Below the pieces are notes generated by a model. That model ran no database searches, was not told where the DNA came from, and saw nothing but the letters and a program-made list of their open reading frames with translations. 64,000 nucleotides of DNA from Acidimicrobiales bacterium (lineage in GTDB: Bacteria; Actinomycetota; Acidimicrobiia; Acidimicrobiales; Acidimicrobilacustridaceae). Position numbers and translations under genes: made by a program. Shown here piece after piece: positions 9,288 through 18,778 of the stretch. Position 1 is the stretch's first letter. Every line of letters starts with the position of its first letter. The stretch covers positions 206 through 64,205 of the forward strand of contig JBBFLY010000005.1 of NCBI GenBank assembly GCA_037478855.1, given 5' to 3'.

Positions 9288-9518
9288 ATGCGTACGACGG
9301 TGACGTTCGATGACGACACCGCCCGAGCGGTCGAGCAGCTGCGCCGCGAGCGGGGGGTCGGGGTGTCGGAAGCGGTCAACGAGCTCATCCGCCGCGGCCT
9401 CGTGCAGCGTCCGCAACGGGCGGCGTTTCGTCAGCAGACACGCCGGCTGGGGCTCACCATCGACGTGTCGAACGTGGCCGAGGCGCTCGAGGTGCTCGAA
9501 GGGCCCCGGTCGCGCTGA
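9288..9518 (+). CDS. vapB: Type II antitoxin, ribbon-helix-helix (VapB/CopG-like)
   Basis: 76 aa, MRTTVTFDDDTARAVEQLRRERGVGVSEAVNELIRRGL, a typical RHH N-terminus. The stop overlaps the start of the PIN gene (TGATG). Confidence 0.8.
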   Translation: MRTTVTFDDDTARAVEQLRRERGVGVSEAVNELIRRGLVQRPQRAAFRQQTRRLGLTIDVSNVAEALEVLEGPRSR

Positions 9519-9946
9519 TGCTGGTCGACGCCAACATCCTCATCTACGCCGTCGACGAAGACAGCCCGTTCCACGAGCCCGCACGCCGGTGGTTGGAGAC
9601 GGTGCTCAACGGCTCAAGGCGTGTCGGTCTGCCATGGGTGTCGCTCACCGCGTTCGTGCGCATCGTCACGCATCCCCGCGCCGTGCGGGAGCCGCTGGGT
9701 CCCGCCGACGCTTGGTCGCTGGTCGAGGCCTGGCTCGACGCGCCGGTCAGCTGGATCCCGTCCCCCGGGCCTGGTCATCAGGAGATCCTGGGCCGGCTCC
9801 TCACCACGCTGGATCTTCGCGGGAACCTGGTGGCCGACGCGGCGCTCGCAGCACTCTGCATCGAGCACGGGCTGGAGATGGTGAGCGCCGACAGCGACTT
9901 CGCCCGGTTCAGCGAGGTCTCCTGGCTCAACCCGGTCGCCCGCTAG
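9518..9946 (+). CDS. vapC: PIN-domain ribonuclease toxin (VapC)
   Basis: 142 aa, MLVDANILIYAV...NLVADAALAALCIEHGLEMVSADSDFARF. The conserved acidic residues are in the expected PIN positions, and the gene is translationally coupled to the upstream RHH gene. Confidence 0.85.
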   Translation: MLVDANILIYAVDEDSPFHEPARRWLETVLNGSRRVGLPWVSLTAFVRIVTHPRAVREPLGPADAWSLVEAWLDAPVSWIPSPGPGHQEILGRLLTTLDLRGNLVADAALAALCIEHGLEMVSADSDFARFSEVSWLNPVAR

Positions 9947-10162
9947 CAGGGTGCCGAAAAGTCGCTCTGGGCTTCCCCCGTTTCGTGGAGGCCGCGTGAT
10001 TGATGATCCCGGAAGCGTCCCGGTGTCGTCCCGCTCCCTTTCCTGCCGGAGGCCGCCCGGGCTACCGCCTGCCCCGGCTCGACCCCGATCCCGGGCCTGG
10101 CAGCTCGGGGTCACGCGCGCATGGTCACTCGGCGGGGTGGTGTGCACTCGGTGACGCAGCGG

Positions 10163-11353
10163 TCAGCTGACCTCGATCACCGTGGCCGCACCCATCCCAC
10201 CACCGGCGCACAGGGACGCCACGCCGTAGCCCCCACCGCGTCGGCGCAGCTCGTGCACCAGCGTCACGAGGATGCGAGCCCCCGAACAGGCGACTGGATG
10301 CCCCAGCGCGACCGCCCCACCGTTCACGTTGACGATCGACGGGTCGATGTCGAGCACCTTGATCGTCCCGACGGTCATCGACGCGAACGCCTCGTTGATC
10401 TCGAACAGGGAGATGTCGCCGATCGAGAGCCCCGCGCGCTGCACCGCACGGGGGATCGCAATGGTCGGGGCCAGCCCGGTGTCCGCAGGCGGCACACCCA
10501 CCGCGCACCACGCACGAACGATCCCGAGCACCTCGAGGCCGTTGGCTCGGGCGTAGTCGCCATCGGCCAAGACGAGAGCCGCCGATCCGTCGTTCAGCGA
10601 CGAGGAGTTGCCCGCCGTGATGGTGCCATCGGGGAGCCCGGACAGCACTCGCAGCGACGCCAGCTTCTCGAGCGAGGTCGACCGCCGGGGGTGCTCGTCG
10701 GTTTCGAACGTCCTCAGCTCACCTCCCCACGACACGACCTCCATCGGCACGATCTCCTCGGCGAAGCGGCCGTCGTCGATGGCGGCGATCGCTTTCACGT
10801 GCGATCCGTACGACCACTCGTCCTGCTCCTCGCGGGACACCCCCACCTTGCGGGCGGTGTTCTCCCCCACGGTGATCATCATGTTCATGTTGGGTGCTTC
10901 CGGGCTGTCGGGGTGGCTCGGCGACAGCCACTGCTCGGGGATGCCGTACGGAACCGGCGACTTGCGATACGTCACCGGCGCCTGGGTCATCGACTCCACG
11001 CCACCGGCGATCACGACCTTGTCCATCCCGGCCCGGATGTTCGCCGCGCCGATCGTCACCGCGGTCATCCCCGTGGCGCACTGCCGGTTCACCGCCAGCC
11101 CCGGTGTGTCCGGTGGGAGACCGAGATCGTTGGCCAGGTACCGGGCGATGCACCCGCCCCCCTGGAGCACCTCGCCCAGGATCAGGTCGTCGACCTCCTC
11201 CGCGGGCACGCCGGAGCGCTTGAGCGCCTCCGACACCGACGCCTTGCCGATGTCGTAGATCGAGGTGTTGGCCAGCGCACCCTTGTACGCGTCGGCGATC
11301 GGTGTGCGGACAGCGGAGACGATGACGGCTTCACCCATGTCCGCCATTCTCAT
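10163..11353 (-). CDS. Acetyl-CoA C-acyltransferase (thiolase)
   Basis: 396 aa. It has AVNRQCATGMTAV (nucleophile Cys) and the C-terminal CAGGGMGAATVIEVS. The start could equally be 11346 or 11338 (MADMGEAVIV). Confidence 0.85.
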   Translation of the reverse strand: MRMADMGEAVIVSAVRTPIADAYKGALANTSIYDIGKASVSEALKRSGVPAEEVDDLILGEVLQGGGCIARYLANDLGLPPDTPGLAVNRQCATGMTAVTIGAANIRAGMDKVVIAGGVESMTQAPVTYRKSPVPYGIPEQWLSPSHPDSPEAPNMNMMITVGENTARKVGVSREEQDEWSYGSHVKAIAAIDDGRFAEEIVPMEVVSWGGELRTFETDEHPRRSTSLEKLASLRVLSGLPDGTITAGNSSSLNDGSAALVLADGDYARANGLEVLGIVRAWCAVGVPPADTGLAPTIAIPRAVQRAGLSIGDISLFEINEAFASMTVGTIKVLDIDPSIVNVNGGAVALGHPVACSGARILVTLVHELRRRGGGYGVASLCAGGGMGAATVIEVS

Positions 11354-11373
11354 TCCTGACGTTCATGTCAGCA
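11354..11373. promoter_or_regulatory. Palindromic operator box 4: tcc TGACG ttca TGTCA gca
   Basis: Fills the 11-bp gap between the longest thiolase ORF (-) and the SDR ORF (+). The SDR track ATG (11365) lies inside the box, and an alternative ATG lies at 11383. Confidence 0.7.
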
Positions 11374-12276
11374 ACCGCCACTATGCTGCCGACCGTGGGA
11401 GCACTGGCAGGCAAGAGCGCCATCGTCACCGGATCGGGCCGAGGTATCGGTCGCGCCGAGGCGCTGGCCCTGGCCGCGGAGGGTGCCGCGGTCATCGTCA
11501 ACGACGTCGACGCCGACCAGGCTGCCGCCGTCGCCGAGCAGATCAAGGCCGCAGGAGGTCGGGCCTCGGTGAGCGCGGACGACGTGTCGACCTGGGCTGG
11601 GGCCGAAGCCGTGGTGCAGCAGGCCATCGATGAGCACGGCCGGCTCGACATCCTCGTCAACAACGCCGGCATCCTGCGCGACGCCATGAGCTTCAGCATG
11701 AGCGAGGCCGACTGGGACGACGTCATCCGGGTCCATCTCAAGGGCCACTTCGCGCCCTCCCACTTCGCCGGCGCGCACTGGCGGAACCGGGCTAAAGCCG
11801 GCGGGGAGCCCGTCTCCGGACGGATCATCAACACCGCGAGCGAATCGGGGCTCTACGGCCTCGCGGGCCAGGTGAACTACGCCACCGCCAAGGCCGGCAT
11901 CGCGGCGATGACGATCGTGCTCGCCCGTGAGCTGAACAAGTACGGGGTCACGGTGAACGCGATCGCGCCACGGGCCCGCACCCGCATGACCGAGACGGTC
12001 CTGGTGGGCCTCGAGCCCGAAGAGGGCCGCTTCGACGAGTGGGATCCGGCCAACATCGCCCCGGTGGTCACCTGGCTGGCCTCCGACGACGCCGCCGATG
12101 TCACCGGGCAGGTGTTCGTCGTGTTCGCCAACCGCCTCCACCTGATGGACGGCTGGGATCTGTTCAGCACGATCGAGACCGAGGGACGCTGGACGCTCGA
12201 CGAGCTGCGCGCCCGCAAGGCTGAGCTGTTCGGTGACCGCCCTCCGGGCCTGCCCCGCGTGGGCTTCGGGTCATGA
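11365..12276 (+). CDS. Short-chain dehydrogenase/reductase, MFE-2/Hsd4A-N-terminal-like (probable 3-hydroxyacyl-CoA dehydrogenase)
   Basis: 303 aa with GKSAIVTGSGRGIGRAEALALAAEGAAVIVND, NNAGILRD and YATAKAG. It is a paralogue of 39318..40250. The real start may be 11383 (MLPTVGALAGK). Confidence 0.8.
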   Translation: MSATATMLPTVGALAGKSAIVTGSGRGIGRAEALALAAEGAAVIVNDVDADQAAAVAEQIKAAGGRASVSADDVSTWAGAEAVVQQAIDEHGRLDILVNNAGILRDAMSFSMSEADWDDVIRVHLKGHFAPSHFAGAHWRNRAKAGGEPVSGRIINTASESGLYGLAGQVNYATAKAGIAAMTIVLARELNKYGVTVNAIAPRARTRMTETVLVGLEPEEGRFDEWDPANIAPVVTWLASDDAADVTGQVFVVFANRLHLMDGWDLFSTIETEGRWTLDELRARKAELFGDRPPGLPRVGFGS

Positions 12277-12307
12277 GCCTCGCCTCACCGGGCGGCCACC
12301 CCAGCGG

Positions 12308-13213
12308 TCACCAGACCAGCTCATCGAGGAACGACGACACGAGGTTGACCGTCGAGTGAGGGTTGTCGCCCGCGGCCAGATGCCCCGCCCTCTCGACCGT
12401 CTCGAGCCGTGCGTTCGGGATGAGCGCCGCCACCGCCTGCGCACCCTCCTGGCTGAGCACGTCGCTCGCATCCCCACGCAGCACGAGCACCGGACAGCGG
12501 AGACGTGCCGCAGCCTCCTCCACCCCGGCGAGGAACGTGTCGAGGTTGTCCGCGGGGTGGGCATCTCGCGGGAGGGAGCGGAAGCGGCGGCCGAACCCGT
12601 GCTTCCACTCCCAGCGGCCGTCGGCGCGCTGACGCAGGTTTCGGGTCAGGCTCTCCGGGCGGACGTTCCTGCGCTGAGGGAGATACGCGGCGATCGCCTC
12701 AGCCGCCTCTTCCAGGGAGCCGAAGGACTCGTGCGCGGCCATGAAGTCGATGATCCTGCGAACGCCCTCCGGCTCCAGCCGGTGCCCGACGTCGATCAGC
12801 GCGATCGCGACGACCCGATCAGGATGTGCGTCAGCGAACCGGATCGACGCCAGACCTCCGAGCGACGCTCCCACCAGCGCGACCCGGTGCATGCCGAAGC
12901 TATCGAGCAGCGGGGGGAGGGTCGCTGCGATGTCCTCCGGCCCGATGCCCTCGACCAGAGGATCGGAGTCACCGTGGTCGGGTAGGTCGGGAGCGAGCAG
13001 GTGGTAGCGGTGACCGATCGCCGCGCCGAGCTCCTCGTACATGTACGCGGTCTGGCCGCCACCGTGCAGGCAGAGCACGCCGGGGAGCCCACCGTGGCCC
13101 CACTCGAGGTAGTGCACCTGGCGACCTTCGAGCACGGTGAAGCCGCTGCGACCGAGGCGCGGCACGTCGTGACGGGGCGCCGTGTGCTGACCTGGCACCG
13201 GAGCGGCACTCAT
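12308..13213 (-). CDS. Alpha/beta-fold hydrolase
   Basis: Track ORF 12308..13225 uses a TTG start, and an ATG lies at 13213 (MSAAPVPG). It has LHGGGQTAYMY, the nucleophile elbow GASLGG and the C-terminal GHLAAGDNP. Confidence 0.75.
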   Translation of the reverse strand: MSAAPVPGQHTAPRHDVPRLGRSGFTVLEGRQVHYLEWGHGGLPGVLCLHGGGQTAYMYEELGAAIGHRYHLLAPDLPDHGDSDPLVEGIGPEDIAATLPPLLDSFGMHRVALVGASLGGLASIRFADAHPDRVVAIALIDVGHRLEPEGVRRIIDFMAAHESFGSLEEAAEAIAAYLPQRRNVRPESLTRNLRQRADGRWEWKHGFGRRFRSLPRDAHPADNLDTFLAGVEEAAARLRCPVLVLRGDASDVLSQEGAQAVAALIPNARLETVERAGHLAAGDNPHSTVNLVSSFLDELVW

Positions 13214-13237
13214 GAGGCCATTCAAGCCGCCCCAGAA

Positions 13238-13257
13238 CCCTGACGTCTACGTCAGAG
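13238..13257. promoter_or_regulatory. Palindromic operator box 5: ccc TGACG tcta CGTCA gag
   Basis: Centred in the 63-bp divergent region between the hydrolase (-) and the acyl-CoA ligase (+, ATG 13277). Confidence 0.7.
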
Positions 13258-13276
13258 ATCGTGGCAAGCTGGCCCC

Positions 13277-14818
13277 ATGGACCTGCTGCACTCCCTCACG
13301 ATCGGCGACATCGCCCGTGAGCACCGCCGCAACTACCCGAGCCGGATCGCGGTCGTCGACGGCGACATCCGCCTCACCTGGCCCGAGCTCGATGACCGGG
13401 TCAACCAGCTGTCGAACGCGCTCGCCTCGACCGGGTTCGGGGTCGGCGATCGCATCCTGTGGCTCGGCCAGAACTCGTTCCGCATCCTCGAAGCGCTGTG
13501 CGCGGCCGCCAAGCTGGGAGGAGTGCTCTGCCCGGCGAACTGGCGGCAGTCCGCCCAGGAGCTGGCCTTCGTGATCGACGACGTCGATCCTGCGGTCGTC
13601 ATCTGGCAGGACCGGGAGATCGGAGACACCGTCAGGGCCGGTCGCGACCTCGCCAGCAGCTCCACGGCGCGCTGGATCCGCCACGACGCCGACGTCACCG
13701 ATCCCCACAGCTACGAGGCCTTCCTCGCCACCGGCTCGAGCGACGATCCCCTGATCGACGTCGATCCCGCCTCCCCGGTGCTGATGCTCTACACCGCCGC
13801 CTTCACCGGCACCCCCAACGGCGCGCTGTTGAGCCACACCGCGATCCTGGTGCAGGACCTGGTCATGGGCATGATGCAGGAGATCTCGAACAGCTACGTG
13901 TACCTGAACAGCGGCCCGCTGTTCCACGTCGCCACCTTCATGACCACGATGGCGACCTTCCACTTCGGTGGTACCAACGTGTTCACCCCTCGGGTCGACG
14001 CCGAGGAGCTCTGCCGGCTCATCCACGAGGAGCGCTGCACGGGGGCCTTCCTCATGAGGCCCACGATCGAGGAGATCCTGAAGGTCAACGCAGACGGCCG
14101 CTACGACCTCAAGAGCCTCCGCACCTTCGCCGGCCGACCGGAGTGGAACGAGATGATCACCATCGACACCAGCCCGTGGGCCCGTCGACCAGCGGGCTTC
14201 GGTCAGACCGAGGTGATGGGCATGCTGACCCTCAACGCTTGGGGTGGCGAGGCCACTGGCAACGCCGGGCGCCCCACTCCGATGGCCCGGGTGCGCATCG
14301 TCGATCCGGACGGCAACGAGGTGCCGCCCGGGGAGACCGGCGAGATCATCGCCCGAGGCCCCACCGTGATGAACGGCTACCACCGACGGCCGGAGCTCAA
14401 CCAGGCCCGGCTGGCCGGAGACTGGCACCACACGAACGATCTCGGCCGGCGGGAGGCCGACGGATCGATCACCTTCATCGGACCCAAGGGCCGCTTGATC
14501 AAGTCCGCTGCGGAGAACATCTACCCCGCCGAGGTCGAGAACTGCATCCGGCAGCACCCCGCGGTGCGCGACGTGGCCGTCATCGGGGTGCCCGACCCGC
14601 GGTGGGATCAGAGCGTGAAGGCGATCGTGGTGCTCCACGAGGGCCAGTCCGTCACCGCCGAGGAGATCATCGAGCACTGCCGCTCGAAGATCGCCAGCTA
14701 CAAGAAGCCCCGCACCGTGGAGTTCGTCGACGACCTCCCCCGCAAGGGTTGGGCGGTCGATTACGACGCGCTTGACGAGCGGTTCGGAGGAGGCGGCTAC
14801 CCGGGCGCCGGATGCTGA
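13277..14818 (+). CDS. AMP-dependent acyl-CoA synthetase/ligase
   Basis: 513 aa with LYTAAFTGTPNGALLSH (P-loop variant), TNDLGRREADGSITFIGPKGRLIKS and the C-terminal KKPRTVEFVDDLPRKG. Confidence 0.85.
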   Translation: MDLLHSLTIGDIAREHRRNYPSRIAVVDGDIRLTWPELDDRVNQLSNALASTGFGVGDRILWLGQNSFRILEALCAAAKLGGVLCPANWRQSAQELAFVIDDVDPAVVIWQDREIGDTVRAGRDLASSSTARWIRHDADVTDPHSYEAFLATGSSDDPLIDVDPASPVLMLYTAAFTGTPNGALLSHTAILVQDLVMGMMQEISNSYVYLNSGPLFHVATFMTTMATFHFGGTNVFTPRVDAEELCRLIHEERCTGAFLMRPTIEEILKVNADGRYDLKSLRTFAGRPEWNEMITIDTSPWARRPAGFGQTEVMGMLTLNAWGGEATGNAGRPTPMARVRIVDPDGNEVPPGETGEIIARGPTVMNGYHRRPELNQARLAGDWHHTNDLGRREADGSITFIGPKGRLIKSAAENIYPAEVENCIRQHPAVRDVAVIGVPDPRWDQSVKAIVVLHEGQSVTAEEIIEHCRSKIASYKKPRTVEFVDDLPRKGWAVDYDALDERFGGGGYPGAGC

Positions 14819-14837
14819 GTGACCGGCTGCGAGACCG

Positions 14838-15236
14838 TCAGTCGGCCGCCGCTCCACCCAGCAGCACGATCTCGCGCCGGGCGAAGCGCCAGCGACCATC
14901 CGCGAGCACCAACCGATCGAGGTAGCGGCCGACCGAGCTGATGGCGAACCCCTCGGCGCGATGGGCCACGAACACGAAGTCGGTCGCTGCCTGCGCCGTG
15001 GTGCCGCTGTCGTCGAGGTCGATGACGGGGTTGGCGCAGAGGTGCTTGCCACGCCGCTCAGGTGGCTGCGCCCGCTCGATGAAGGCCTGGATGGCCCGCC
15101 GTCCACGGTGGGTGGTGCCCAGGACGTGGAGCTCAGCGTCATCGACGTAGAGCTGCGCCCACTCGTCGAACCGACCGTCGTCGCAGAGCTGACAGTACAG
15201 AGCGAGCGTCCGGCGGATGCCTTCTTCGGGTGTCAT
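14838..15236 (-). CDS. SnoaL/NTF2-like small protein
   Basis: Track ORF 14838..15404. The plausible start is MTPEEGIRRTLALYCQLCDDGRFDEWAQLYVDDAEL (ATG 15236), immediately after the stop of the upstream PAS-GGDEF-EAL gene. Confidence 0.55.
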   Translation of the reverse strand: MTPEEGIRRTLALYCQLCDDGRFDEWAQLYVDDAELHVLGTTHRGRRAIQAFIERAQPPERRGKHLCANPVIDLDDSGTTAQAATDFVFVAHRAEGFAISSVGRYLDRLVLADGRWRFARREIVLLGGAAAD

Positions 15237-15237
15237 C

Positions 15238-17814
15238 TCACGAGTCAACCATCCCCGGGGCCGGCACGGTCGCACCGTCGAGGAGGCGGCCGATCTCGCT
15301 CGCCGGCTCCGGTCGGGAGAGGTGGAAGCCCTGGCCGAGCCGACACCCGAGCGCGAGGAGACGCTCGGCCTGCAGCGGGCTCTCGACCCCCTCGGCAACC
15401 ACATCCAGATCGAGCGCGCCGGCCATGCCGATGATCATGGCCACGATCGACTCCTCCCGGTCGCCACTACCCAGGCGCGACACGAAGCTCCGATCGACCT
15501 TGAGGGTGTCGATGGGGAACCTCCACAGGTAGCTGAGCGACGAGTACCCGGTGCCGAAATCGTCGAGACAGAGCTTCACCCCGATGCGCTTGAGCGCTTC
15601 GAGCGACGTGGCAGCCGACTCGACGTCTCGCAGCAGCATCGTCTCGGTCAGCTCGATGTGCAGACCCGACGGGTCAGCCCCGACCTGATCCAGGCAGCTC
15701 TCCACCCTTTGGACCAGGTCCGGCAACGGCAGCTGCCGGCCTGACAGGTTCACCGACACGAACAGGTCCGGCCGCTGCTGCTGCCAGGTGGCGAGGCACT
15801 CACAGGCCTGGCTCAGCAGGCGCTCACCCAGGGGGACGATGAGCCCGGTGTCCTCGGCGAGTGGGATGAACTCCTTGGGTGCCAGCACACCCAACCTCGG
15901 ATGGTTCCAGCGGGCCAGCGCCTCCAGGCCGACGACCCGCCCCGTGGCCAGCTCGACGATCGGCTGGTAGTGCAGCTCGAACTCGTCCCGCTCGATCCCG
16001 TAGCGCAGGGCGATCTCGAGCTTGCGGCGGGACTCCACCCAGGAGCGCATCTCGGCGTCGAAGACGTCGTAGTCCTGATCCGGCCGGTCCTTCGCCTGGA
16101 AGTGTGCGACATCGGCGTTGCTCACCAGGGTCTCGGCTGTCCCCGACCCGTACGGCGAGAAGGCGATGCCCACGTTCGCGGCGATGAACGCCTCGTCATC
16201 CTCTCCGAGCTCGAACGGCGCCCGGATCGCCTCGACCAGCTCCGACGCCAACCACACCGCGTCGCCGACGTCGTCAAGCTCGTCGCTGAAGACCACGAAC
16301 TGGTCGCTCCCGAAGCGGGCGACCGTTCCCCGCGGACCGACCGTCTCGACCAGGCGCTGGGCCGCGGCGCGCAGCAGCTCGTCACCCGCTGCGTGGCCGA
16401 GGGCGTCGGTGACCAGCTTCATGCGGTCCAGACCGACGAAGAGCACCGCGACCGGACGCCGGTGGAGGCGAGCCCGATCGAGCGTCGCCGCGAGCTGGGC
16501 CATCAACAGCACCCGGTTCGGGAGACCCGTGAGCTGGTCGTGGGTCGCCAGGTGCTCGAGCTCGAGCTCGAACGCCCTGCGCTCGGAGATGTCGTGCACC
16601 ATGCCGATGAACAGGCGACCTGATGCGGTCTCGACGTCGGTCACCGTCAGCTCGACCGGGACCACCTCCCCGTCCGCACGCCGCACGTGCACCTCGATCG
16701 GCCCCACGATCCCCGTGAGCCCGTCACGCAGGTACGCGTTGAACGCCTCCTCGAAGACGGCCCTCTGGTCATCGGCGATCAGCATCGACACGTGGCAGCC
16801 GATGACCTCGGTGGAGTCGTAGCCGCTGATCCGTTCGGCCGCCGCGTTGAACTCGACGATCGTCATCTGCTCATCACAGGTGATGATGCCCTCCGCGGCT
16901 GCTTCCAGGATGGCTCTGGTGCGGTCTTCGCTCTCACGGAGCCGGTTGGCCGCGTGGACCGTGTCGGTCACGTCAGCCACCGTGCCCACGGCGACGATCT
17001 CGTAGTCACCCCAGTCCCTCACGACGGCGAAGCGGACGCGCACCCACAGCCAAGAACCGTCCGCCCGCAACAGCCGGAACTCGAAGGGAGCCGGTCGCGT
17101 GCCGGCGAGGGACGGTGCGGTCAGATCGATCTCCTCAGCGAGCTCGCGGTCGTCGGGATGGACGAACTCCAACCAGACCCGCCCCTCGATCTGGGCGGCG
17201 GGGAGCTGCAGCATCTCCGACAGCTGTGGGTTCACGAACTCGATCTGACTCTCCGTGCCGACGATGAAGATCCCGATCGGCGCGTGCTCCGTGAGCAGGC
17301 GGAACCTCGCCTCGGACCGGCGGATCTGGCGCTCGCTCGCGGCGAGCATCCTCTGCGTGAGCACCTTCTCGGTGATGTCGACCGAGGCCACCACGATCCC
17401 CTGGTCGTCAGGCAGGGGAAGGGCGTAGATCGTCGCCGCCCACTCGGAACCCGCGGAGACACCCTCGATCTCGTAGACCGCTGGGCTCCCGCCGAGCATC
17501 TCGTCGCGCATCTGCTCGGCCAACGGTCCGAACAGCGACACCGGCTGACCGACGAGCGCGTCACCACCGAGCCCGACCCGGTCCAGTCCCCGCCCGAAGG
17601 CCTCGGTGAAGGTTCCCTCGTGGTCGACGACGATCAGCGCGATCTCGAGCCGCTCGACGAGTCCCCGGAGCCACCGGTCAGCCTTGCCACCAGGATCGGC
17701 GATTGCTTCACGGGCCATCGAGCTCAGCGCGGTGATGAACCGCTCTGCCTCCGCATCGAGAGGGGTGACCCGCCGGACCCCCGTGAGCGCCCGATCACCT
17801 CCGAGCTCGACCAC
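15238..17814 (-). CDS. Multi-PAS sensor protein with a degenerate GGDEF domain and an intact-looking EAL c-di-GMP phosphodiesterase domain
   Basis: 858 aa. The GGDEF position reads GSDQF (aa 502-506, nt 16297-16311). The EAL domain keeps EALARW, NLS, ELTE, DDFGTGYSSLSYL, KVDRSF, EGVES and QG. Confidence 0.85.
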   Translation of the reverse strand: MVELGGDRALTGVRRVTPLDAEAERFITALSSMAREAIADPGGKADRWLRGLVERLEIALIVVDHEGTFTEAFGRGLDRVGLGGDALVGQPVSLFGPLAEQMRDEMLGGSPAVYEIEGVSAGSEWAATIYALPLPDDQGIVVASVDITEKVLTQRMLAASERQIRRSEARFRLLTEHAPIGIFIVGTESQIEFVNPQLSEMLQLPAAQIEGRVWLEFVHPDDRELAEEIDLTAPSLAGTRPAPFEFRLLRADGSWLWVRVRFAVVRDWGDYEIVAVGTVADVTDTVHAANRLRESEDRTRAILEAAAEGIITCDEQMTIVEFNAAAERISGYDSTEVIGCHVSMLIADDQRAVFEEAFNAYLRDGLTGIVGPIEVHVRRADGEVVPVELTVTDVETASGRLFIGMVHDISERRAFELELEHLATHDQLTGLPNRVLLMAQLAATLDRARLHRRPVAVLFVGLDRMKLVTDALGHAAGDELLRAAAQRLVETVGPRGTVARFGSDQFVVFSDELDDVGDAVWLASELVEAIRAPFELGEDDEAFIAANVGIAFSPYGSGTAETLVSNADVAHFQAKDRPDQDYDVFDAEMRSWVESRRKLEIALRYGIERDEFELHYQPIVELATGRVVGLEALARWNHPRLGVLAPKEFIPLAEDTGLIVPLGERLLSQACECLATWQQQRPDLFVSVNLSGRQLPLPDLVQRVESCLDQVGADPSGLHIELTETMLLRDVESAATSLEALKRIGVKLCLDDFGTGYSSLSYLWRFPIDTLKVDRSFVSRLGSGDREESIVAMIIGMAGALDLDVVAEGVESPLQAERLLALGCRLGQGFHLSRPEPASEIGRLLDGATVPAPGMVDS

Positions 17815-17886
17815 GCGTCCTCCAGGTGTCCGGACACTTGCCGATCACAGGAGCCTACCGAAACGCCTCATGCTGCGTTACCGCCG

Positions 17887-18684
17887 TCACACCGCGAAGC
17901 TGCCGTCGGCGACCCGCTGCCAACCACCGGCAGCCCGGTTACCCCCGTCGACGTGCACGGTCGACCCGGTCACGAACGACGAGGCGTCGCTGGCCAGGTA
18001 CAGCGCCGCAGCGGCGACGTCATCGACCTGTCCCGGATACGGCAGGGGGGTGCGGACCTCGAGCTCGCCGACTCCGGGGGTGGGGATCACATCGGGGGCG
18101 ATCGCATTCACCCGGACGTGCCGATCGCCGAGCTCCAGCGCCAGGCTCATGGTCAGGTTCGCGGCCGCGGCCTTCATCGCCGCGTACACCGCGTAGCCGG
18201 GGGCGGCACGGTGCGCTTCGATCGAGGTGATGTTGATGATCGAGCCGCCCCCTCGTCGGGTTCCCGTCACCGGAGGCGGCATGTGGGGCACCACGGCGCG
18301 GATCATGGTGGTGACGCTGGTGAAGTTCTCCCGCACGAGCGTGTCCTCGCCCTTGTCGCTCACGTCGAGGAAGGCAGCGGCGAAGCCACCCCCCGCATTG
18401 TTCACGAGCACGTCGAGGTGTCCCGCCGCTCTCGCCACCTCGTCGACCCAGGCGCGCACGTCGTCCGCCGCGCGCACGTCGAGCACCGCCGACCAGACCC
18501 GTCGACCCTCACGTTCGCATCGCCGCGCCACCTCGGCCATCCGCGCCGCGTCGCGATCGCAGAGCGCAACGTGCGCGCCCGCCGCGGCGAAGCACTCCGC
18601 GATGGCCGCGCCGATGCCCCGGGCGGCCCCGGAGACCACGGCCACCCTGTCGTCGAGCCGGAACGCGTCGAGCGTGAGAGCCAC
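17887..18684 (-). CDS. Short-chain dehydrogenase/reductase
   Basis: 265 aa with VAVVSGAARGIGAAIA, NNAGGG and YAAMKAA. Confidence 0.8.
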   Translation of the reverse strand: MALTLDAFRLDDRVAVVSGAARGIGAAIAECFAAAGAHVALCDRDAARMAEVARRCEREGRRVWSAVLDVRAADDVRAWVDEVARAAGHLDVLVNNAGGGFAAAFLDVSDKGEDTLVRENFTSVTTMIRAVVPHMPPPVTGTRRGGGSIINITSIEAHRAAPGYAVYAAMKAAAANLTMSLALELGDRHVRVNAIAPDVIPTPGVGELEVRTPLPYPGQVDDVAAAALYLASDASSFVTGSTVHVDGGNRAAGGWQRVADGSFAV

Positions 18685-18758
18685 GGGGCGACTCTAGAAC
18701 GGCCACCTCGGCGCACCGACAACAGCGCGTGAGCGGCTGCCGTCGCGGCTTGCCAGAA

Positions 18759-18778
18759 ACCTGACGTCGATGTCATGG
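18759..18778. promoter_or_regulatory. Palindromic operator box 6: acc TGACG tcga TGTCA tgg
   Basis: Lies in the divergent region between the SDR (start 18684, -) and the LplA-like gene. The track ATG 18775 lies inside the box, and TAGGTT follows immediately. Confidence 0.7.

Noticed and set aside
8987-10163. Mobile-element origin of the VapBC region.
   Set aside because: I could recognise no transposase, integrase, tRNA target or flanking direct or inverted repeats. There is only a local drop in GC near the promoter.
12631-12650. CTGACG-N10-GTCAGG inside the alpha/beta hydrolase gene, and similar partial matches such as 55268-55285 in hyuA.
   Set aside because: The spacer length is wrong or one half-site is missing, and the locations are intragenic. 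They do not match the TGACR-N4-YGTCA core.
17826-17837. GTGTCCGGACAC considered as a rho-independent terminator for the SDR gene at 17887..18684.
   Set aside because: A 5-bp stem with a 2-nt loop and no U-tract is not a credible terminator. I keep it only as a possible protein-binding palindrome, mentioned under the PAS-GGDEF-EAL finding.
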